Part shown: one piece after another, positions 58,614 through 64,000 of the stretch
Position numbering within the stretch: the stretch's first letter is position 1
How the letters are laid out: each line of letters begins with the position of its first letter
Source: a virus
Length of the DNA stretch: 64,000 nucleotides
Virus record (IMG/VR): IMGVR_UViG_3300042453_004683
Span: 30,134 to 94,133 of that record
Direction: 5' to 3' (one strand)
Made by a program: the position numbers and the translations under genes
The notes under the pieces: model-generated
What the model was told of the DNA's origin: nothing
Seen by the model: only the letters and a program-made list of their open reading frames with translations
The model's database searches: none

Positions 58614-61600
58614 CTACTCCCGCGCGGCTGCGTCCGCGTCCCGGCGCTCTGCGCCGAGGCGCTCGTCGGCGCCGCGGCGGATCGGGTAGCCGAGCAGCGT
58701 GATCATAGTCTCGAAGGCCGTCGCGGCCGCCGCCCGGTCGCCGGCCTTGGAGGCGATGTAGTACGCCTGCGCGGCCATCTCGAACTCGCGCTTGACGTCC
58801 GCGAGCGCGAACTGCGAGAGGATGTTGACGGCCGCCCAGGTGCCGGCGCTGACGTAGTAGGTGTAGCGCCCCTCGACGGTCGCGCCCTCCTCGTTCGCCT
58901 TCTCCAGCGGAACGTCGTCGCGGCGGATCGTGACGAGGCTGGCCGGGAGCATCGCGCCGATCCACTCGGGGATGCGGACCTTGCCGTCGGCCTCCTTTGC
59001 GGCGAGCGCCTGGTACGTTTGGATGACCTGCCCAGCCAGCGGCGACCGCTCGGCGTCCTCCGGCGAGAACGCCGTCTCGTCGATGTTGATGATCGGGGCT
59101 TCCACGCCGGCGGCGGAGAGCCCCGCGTTGAAGACACCGCCGGCGATGGAGCCCAGCAGCCCCATCACGTTGACGGCGGTGGCGATCATCGAAGCCGTCT
59201 CCGACTCCTGCATGATCAGGGCGGCGATCTGGAACGGCGAGGCCGTGTCCAGGTCCTGCTGGAGCATCCGGATCTGCGACCGCCCGCGGGAGTAGCGGAC
59301 GTACCGCTCGTCGGCGATGCCCGGCGCGACAAGCATCGGGTTGCGGCTGTCGCCCGCCCGGAGGAACTTCGCCGCGAGCTGCGTCGCGCCGGTGTTCGGG
59401 CGACCGCTCACGCTGAACAGGTCCTGCCCCACCGGGATCTTCGTGCCGACCCGGTTGGAGACGATCGCCCGGAGGGCGGCCACCTTGTCGGCGGGCAGCG
59501 GGTAGCCGTGCTCGCGCTCCAGCGCGCCGACCATGCCGTAGTACATCTCGCGCTGCTCAGGCGTCATCTGGTCCGTGTCGATGCCGTACTCGTCGGACGT
59601 GTAGGCGTCGATGAGGGACTGCGCGCCGGCGAAGATGCCGGCCTGCGCCCGGCGCGCCCGCATGAGCGCCACGCGACCGCGGTTGGTGAACAGCAGGTCG
59701 AGCACGGCGCGGTTGTTGTTCTTGCGCCAGGCCCAGAAGGGCAGGAACAGCGACACAAACAGGCTACGGTCATTCCCGTGGACCGTACGGCCGTAGTTGT
59801 AGAGGATCGCCGACGTCGAGCGCGCGGCGCTCACGGGGTCGAACCCGTCCTCCAGGAGCGTCACGTACAGCGACAGGCGCTCCATCGACGAGAACTGCTC
59901 CATCGTCGCGGACGTCACCTCGCGGGACCACTGGACGACATCCAGCGCGTTCGCCGCGAGCTGCCGCGCGGTCTCCACGGGGATGCGCGGATACCGACGG
60001 AGCAGGTTGGAGACGGCGAGGCTGGGGTTCGCCTCGGCCTCGCGCATGGTCATGCCGAACATGTCGCGCAGGCTGGCCTCGACGCGCTGGCTGGTGTCGA
60101 AGCTGGACAGGACGCCGTACTGCTGGGCGACGTCGCGGGCCTCGCGGGCGGTGGTCTGCCCAATCGAGGTGGGGATGATCGTGTTCTCGCCTCGCCACAC
60201 GCTGAGGACGCTGGGACGCTGCATCCCGAGCGCGAGCATCTCCTCCACCCGAGCGTGGTGGGCCGCGAGGCCGGCGTCGTCGAGGCCGCGCACGAACCGC
60301 TCGATGGCGGCGGCGGCAGCCTGCCCGCCGTCCGCGAGGCGGCCCACGACGTCCACCTCCGTCCCCTGCTGGCGCGCCATCTGGATCGCCGGGGCGAGCC
60401 CGGGGATGAGGCCGTAGATCCCGCCCGCCGCGGTGCGCGCGGTGTACCGCGCGGTCACGGACGGGTTGGTCATGGTGAGGACGCGGAAGAAGCCGTCCAC
60501 CGTGTCCTGGACCATCTTCTTGTTGTACAGGAACAGGTTGCCGCGGACGATCGAGGTGCTCGCCGCGCGGCCGATCAGCTTGGCGCGCTCGATGTCGGCG
60601 GAGGTGCCGCGCTCGAAGGCCGCGATCTCGATCGGCTTGGCCTTGCTGAACGCCTGCGCCAGGATGGCGGCGGCGGAGCGCGGCACGTAGATGTCCTCGC
60701 CGGTGAGGTCGATGCGCTCCATGTCGCCGCGCTCGGCCAGGCCGAACACGCGGATCAGCCGCTCGGCCTCAGCGCGCTCGGCGTCCTCCAGGTACTCGCC
60801 GCTGATCGCCTTGGAGATCAGGCTGTACTGGTCGGGCGAGATGGCGGCGCCGGTGCGGGAGAGCCGGATGGTGCCGTGCGTGGTCTGGGAGTACGCGGTC
60901 AGGTGAACCACGAGGTTGACGGCGCGCCGGTTGAGGGCGATGTCGTCGAGCGAGGTGGTCTTGACGATGCCGATCAGGCGCTGCACGAAGCCCTTGATCT
61001 GGTCGGGATCGCCGAAGTCGGGGTCGGGGTCGGTGAGGATCTCCAGCAGCGGGATGTCGATCGCGGCGCTCGCCCCGGGCACCGTGTCGCCCTGGCCGAA
61101 GGCGATCTTGCGCATGTCGCCCATGAAGTCGGGCGCGAGCTGCATGGAGATCTGCTCGGCCTGCTTCGACGCCTTCGCGTCCCGCAGCGCCCGCGCCTGC
61201 ACGAGGTCGGCGACCGCCTTGGACAGCGCGTCGTTGGCCTCGCCCATCTTCTCGCGGCTGATCGGGCGCCCCTTCGGGTCCTCGGGCAGCAGGAAGTGGG
61301 TGTTGAGCCACTGGATGGCGTCGAACCGGCGGCCGTCCTTCCGCGCGACGCGGGCCGCGTCGATGGCACCGCCGACCAGCTCGGCGGCCGTGACGGTGCT
61401 CTCGTTGCTGCGGCGGCGCACGCCAGCGATCACCTTGCCACCGGGCGTGCCCTCGCCGCCAGCGCGGAAGTCGTCGACGATCCGCGTCATCATGGCGCGC
61501 GCGTTCTCGGCGGCGTTGATCCGACCGGAGGAGGAGACGGGCACGCCGAACGGCGTCACCAGCCCTGGCTCGCCCGTGAGGTAGCGGTAGATCAGGTCGC

Positions 61601-64000
61601 TGTTCGGGGCCTGCCGGAGGAGGACCACCATGTCGCCGATGCCCTGCTCGACCTCGTTGGCGAGGGGCGCCAGGAACGGACGCAGCGGCGGCGGGTTGCG
61701 CACGAACGGAGCGGCGGAGGCATCGCCGATGACGGGCAGGGACAGGTACTTGAGGATGGTGCGGGTGACGCCAGGACCGCCGCCGTCCAGCAGGTACGGA
61801 GCGTGGAGCGCCTGGTCGATCGCCTCGGTGAGCGACCGGGTGGCGATGGTGGCGCCACGGCGGCGGGTGGTGGCGCGGGGGAAGGCGGCCTCGGTGTCGA
61901 TCGCTTCCGCGCCCGACAGATCGGTGCGGATGCCGGGGATCGCCTCCGGGGTCAGGGCCTCCGCCTTGAGGACCGGCACCGGCGCCCGGACGAAGGCGAA
62001 GCCGTCCCGCGGGGTGGCGCCGGTGGCGTCGCCGTACATCGTGTTGATGTTGACCTCGTGCGGCTTCCAGGTGGGGCGCCCGCCGGCCAGAGCCGCGGCG
62101 ATGGTGTCGTCATCCTCGCCAACCACGCTCTCTGGGATCTCGACCGCCCGCCGCTCGATGAGGGCGACGCCGAGGTCCTTCTTGGCCTGGTTGAGCCGCT
62201 TGTTGAGGGCGTACCCGGACAGACCTTCCGCGCGGGCGGCCTGCTCGACCTTGGCGTACTCGGCGACAGCGCGGTCCAAGATCTCCTCGTACGCCTCCGG
62301 CGAGTAGTACTGCTCCTCGCCCATGAAGCGGATGAGGACGGCGTGCTGGTCCGGGGTGGCGTTGACGGCGATCTTGACCTTCGAGGAGATCACCTTGTCA
62401 ACCTCGCTGCTCACCTGCCGCGAGAGCGCCCGCGCCTGCGAGGTGGCGGCGGTGTCGATGATCAGCGGGACGCTGCCCTGGTCGCCGTAGGCGACGCGGG
62501 CGATGGGGGCAGCCGGGTTGACGTTGCCACGCGCCTTGTTGACCACGCGGCGGAGGTTGGGCGCGAAGCCGCCCTTGTCGAGCAGCGCCTCGGTGATGGC
62601 GCGCACCTCGGGGACGTCGCCGAACAGCGGGGTCGCCGCGCCGGCGCGGAGGGCCGCGGCCGTGCGCATCGCCGCCAGCCCGCGGACTTCGGCCGCCACG
62701 AGCGTCGCGTCGATGAGCGAGTCGATCTCCTCCAGCGCCTCCTTCTCGCCGCGGGCCTCGCGGTACTTGCGCGCCTGCTGGTGAAGGTCGGTCACGCCCT
62801 TGTAGAAGTCGTCGAGGGCGGCGGCCGCCTCGCCGACGCTCTCCTCGTCCTTGGTGAGCGCCGAGGAGGCTCGCTGGTTGATGGGGGTGAAGATCGCGTT
62901 GGCGGCGCGCTTGTTGGCGGCGAGGTCGGCGGCGATGTCGAAGGGGATGTCCGCCGCGTTCACGTCGTCCTTGCCGGCCTCGACGGCCTTCAGCCGGTTG
63001 TAGAGCGCGCGCAGGTCGGCCAGGTCGGCCTTGCCGACGATCTCGGCGATGTCAACGTCGCCGTCCTTGTTGGCCTTGATGCGCGCGATCAGCTTGAACG
63101 GCTTCCTCGGAGCCGGTGCGGCGGGAGCGGGCGGCGCGGGGGCAGCGGCGGGCGTCGGGGCGGGCGCGGCGGGCGTCGGAGGAGCAGTCGGGCGCGCCGG
63201 CGCGATCACGGTCGGCGCGTCAACGTCGTCGACCACCGCGGCGGGCGTGGGCGTCGGGGTCGCAGCCGCGGCCGGCGCGGGCGTAGCAGCAGCGGCCTTG
63301 GCGTCCACCACGTTGCCATCATAAACGCGCGCGACGGTGACCTTGGTCTTGTCCTTGTCCTTGGCGGCCTGCGCCTTGATGGCGTCCGCCACCTTGGCGC
63401 CGTGAGCGCGGGTAGCCGCCTCGTCGAGGCCGGTGGCGTCGGTGAAGAACTTCAGGTACTCGGCCGCATCCTCCGGCTTCGTGACGCGGGTGAGGACGTA
63501 GGCGGCGCGGTCCAGGTCGGACGCGAACGACACGTTCACCTTGCCCACCCGAAGCGGCGCGGAGGCAAGCACCTTGGGCAGCTTCGGGTGCTCGACCTTG
63601 GGCGCGGGAGCCGGCTTCGCGGCGGGCGGCGCGACCTCGATGGCGCCCTCGGCGATGCGCTCCTTGACGAAGTACGCGAAGTTCGTCGTGTTGTTGTAGC
63701 GGAACTCCAGCGTCAGGCCGGCGGGGGCGAGGCTCTCGTCGACGGCAGCGGCGATGGCCTTGATGTCCTCGGGGGTGTCGCCCGCGATGATGATCGACGA
63801 CTTGCCCTGGTTGGCCTTGCCGCCCTTGTTGAACGCCTGCACCGCCGCGTCGCGGTAGCCATTCACCTTGGCGACCACCTGGTCGGCCTCCAGGTTCGCC
63901 TTCATCCGCTCGGTGAGCGCGAGCAGCGCGGGGCCGGCGCCTTCCAGCGCACGGCGCTCCTTGCTGGCGATCTTCCAGCCGTCGAAGGCGGTGCCCTCGA
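58614..64000 (-). CDS. giant virion/ejected-type protein (>1790 aa, 5' end outside the window)
   Basis: Frame is open to the window edge; helical, with Pro/Ala linkers; C-terminal AA...ILYNY...FLPFWAWR motif as in podovirus ejection or large polyvalent proteins. Confidence 0.75.
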   Translation of the reverse strand, partial: EGTAFDGWKIASKERRALEGAGPALLALTERMKANLEADQVVAKVNGYRDAAVQAFNKGGKANQGKSSIIIAGDTPEDIKAIAAAVDESLAPAGLTLEFRYNNTTNFAYFVKERIAEGAIEVAPPAAKPAPAPKVEHPKLPKVLASAPLRVGKVNVSFASDLDRAAYVLTRVTKPEDAAEYLKFFTDATGLDEAATRAHGAKVADAIKAQAAKDKDKTKVTVARVYDGNVVDAKAAAATPAPAAAATPTPTPAAVVDDVDAPTVIAPARPTAPPTPAAPAPTPAAAPAPPAPAAPAPRKPFKLIARIKANKDGDVDIAEIVGKADLADLRALYNRLKAVEAGKDDVNAADIPFDIAADLAANKRAANAIFTPINQRASSALTKDEESVGEAAAALDDFYKGVTDLHQQARKYREARGEKEALEEIDSLIDATLVAAEVRGLAAMRTAAALRAGAATPLFGDVPEVRAITEALLDKGGFAPNLRRVVNKARGNVNPAAPIARVAYGDQGSVPLIIDTAATSQARALSRQVSSEVDKVISSKVKIAVNATPDQHAVLIRFMGEEQYYSPEAYEEILDRAVAEYAKVEQAARAEGLSGYALNKRLNQAKKDLGVALIERRAVEIPESVVGEDDDTIAAALAGGRPTWKPHEVNINTMYGDATGATPRDGFAFVRAPVPVLKAEALTPEAIPGIRTDLSGAEAIDTEAAFPRATTRRRGATIATRSLTEAIDQALHAPYLLDGGGPGVTRTILKYLSLPVIGDASAAPFVRNPPPLRPFLAPLANEVEQGIGDMVVLLRQAPNSDLIYRYLTGEPGLVTPFGVPVSSSGRINAAENARAMMTRIVDDFRAGGEGTPGGKVIAGVRRRSNESTVTAAELVGGAIDAARVARKDGRRFDAIQWLNTHFLLPEDPKGRPISREKMGEANDALSKAVADLVQARALRDAKASKQAEQISMQLAPDFMGDMRKIAFGQGDTVPGASAAIDIPLLEILTDPDPDFGDPDQIKGFVQRLIGIVKTTSLDDIALNRRAVNLVVHLTAYSQTTHGTIRLSRTGAAISPDQYSLISKAISGEYLEDAERAEAERLIRVFGLAERGDMERIDLTGEDIYVPRSAAAILAQAFSKAKPIEIAAFERGTSADIERAKLIGRAASTSIVRGNLFLYNKKMVQDTVDGFFRVLTMTNPSVTARYTARTAAGGIYGLIPGLAPAIQMARQQGTEVDVVGRLADGGQAAAAAIERFVRGLDDAGLAAHHARVEEMLALGMQRPSVLSVWRGENTIIPTSIGQTTAREARDVAQQYGVLSSFDTSQRVEASLRDMFGMTMREAEANPSLAVSNLLRRYPRIPVETARQLAANALDVVQWSREVTSATMEQFSSMERLSLYVTLLEDGFDPVSAARSTSAILYNYGRTVHGNDRSLFVSLFLPFWAWRKNNNRAVLDLLFTNRGRVALMRARRAQAGIFAGAQSLIDAYTSDEYGIDTDQMTPEQREMYYGMVGALEREHGYPLPADKVAALRAIVSNRVGTKIPVGQDLFSVSGRPNTGATQLAAKFLRAGDSRNPMLVAPGIADERYVRYSRGRSQIRMLQQDLDTASPFQIAALIMQESETASMIATAVNVMGLLGSIAGGVFNAGLSAAGVEAPIINIDETAFSPEDAERSPLAGQVIQTYQALAAKEADGKVRIPEWIGAMLPASLVTIRRDDVPLEKANEEGATVEGRYTYYVSAGTWAAVNILSQFALADVKREFEMAAQAYYIASKAGDRAAAATAFETMITLLGYPIRRGADERLGAERRDADAAARE

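Overview
This is a 64 kb segment of a very GC-rich (roughly 70%) tailed dsDNA bacteriophage genome. It is probably lytic and podovirus-like: no integrase, tRNA or CRISPR array was seen. Layout from left to right: (1) 0-11 kb, accessory genes including two DNA methyltransferases, a DUF262-type protein, an HU-like protein and a secreted moron; (2) 11.1-13.4 kb, a largely non-coding strand-switch region that may be the genome end or terminal repeat; (3) 13.4-23.6 kb, an early/host-takeover array of about 25 small genes with repeated structured spacers, including a T7 Ocr-like protein; (4) 23.6-52.7 kb, nucleotide metabolism and replication (ThyA, DHFR, type IIG-like REase-MTase, DUF927 helicase, SF2 helicase, Cas4-like exonuclease/Sak4-like/SSB, Dam-like MTase, UDG-fused family A polymerase, Rad50-like ATPase, dUTPase, RNase H, C5 MTase, and a class II RNR with two inteins); (5) 52.8-64 kb, lysis and virion genes ending in a giant virion-type protein cut by the window edge. 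Most unusual signals: a modular non-coding element repeated at three dispersed loci (11.3, 29.9 and 53.6 kb); five CTCGAG sites packed into 69 bp while my manual scan found none elsewhere; three PhaR-type palindromes ahead of the early promoter; about 20 sigma70-type promoters that nearly all lack the -7 T; and a PolA with the steric-gate Glu replaced by His. All calls come from reading motifs by eye; no database searches were run.
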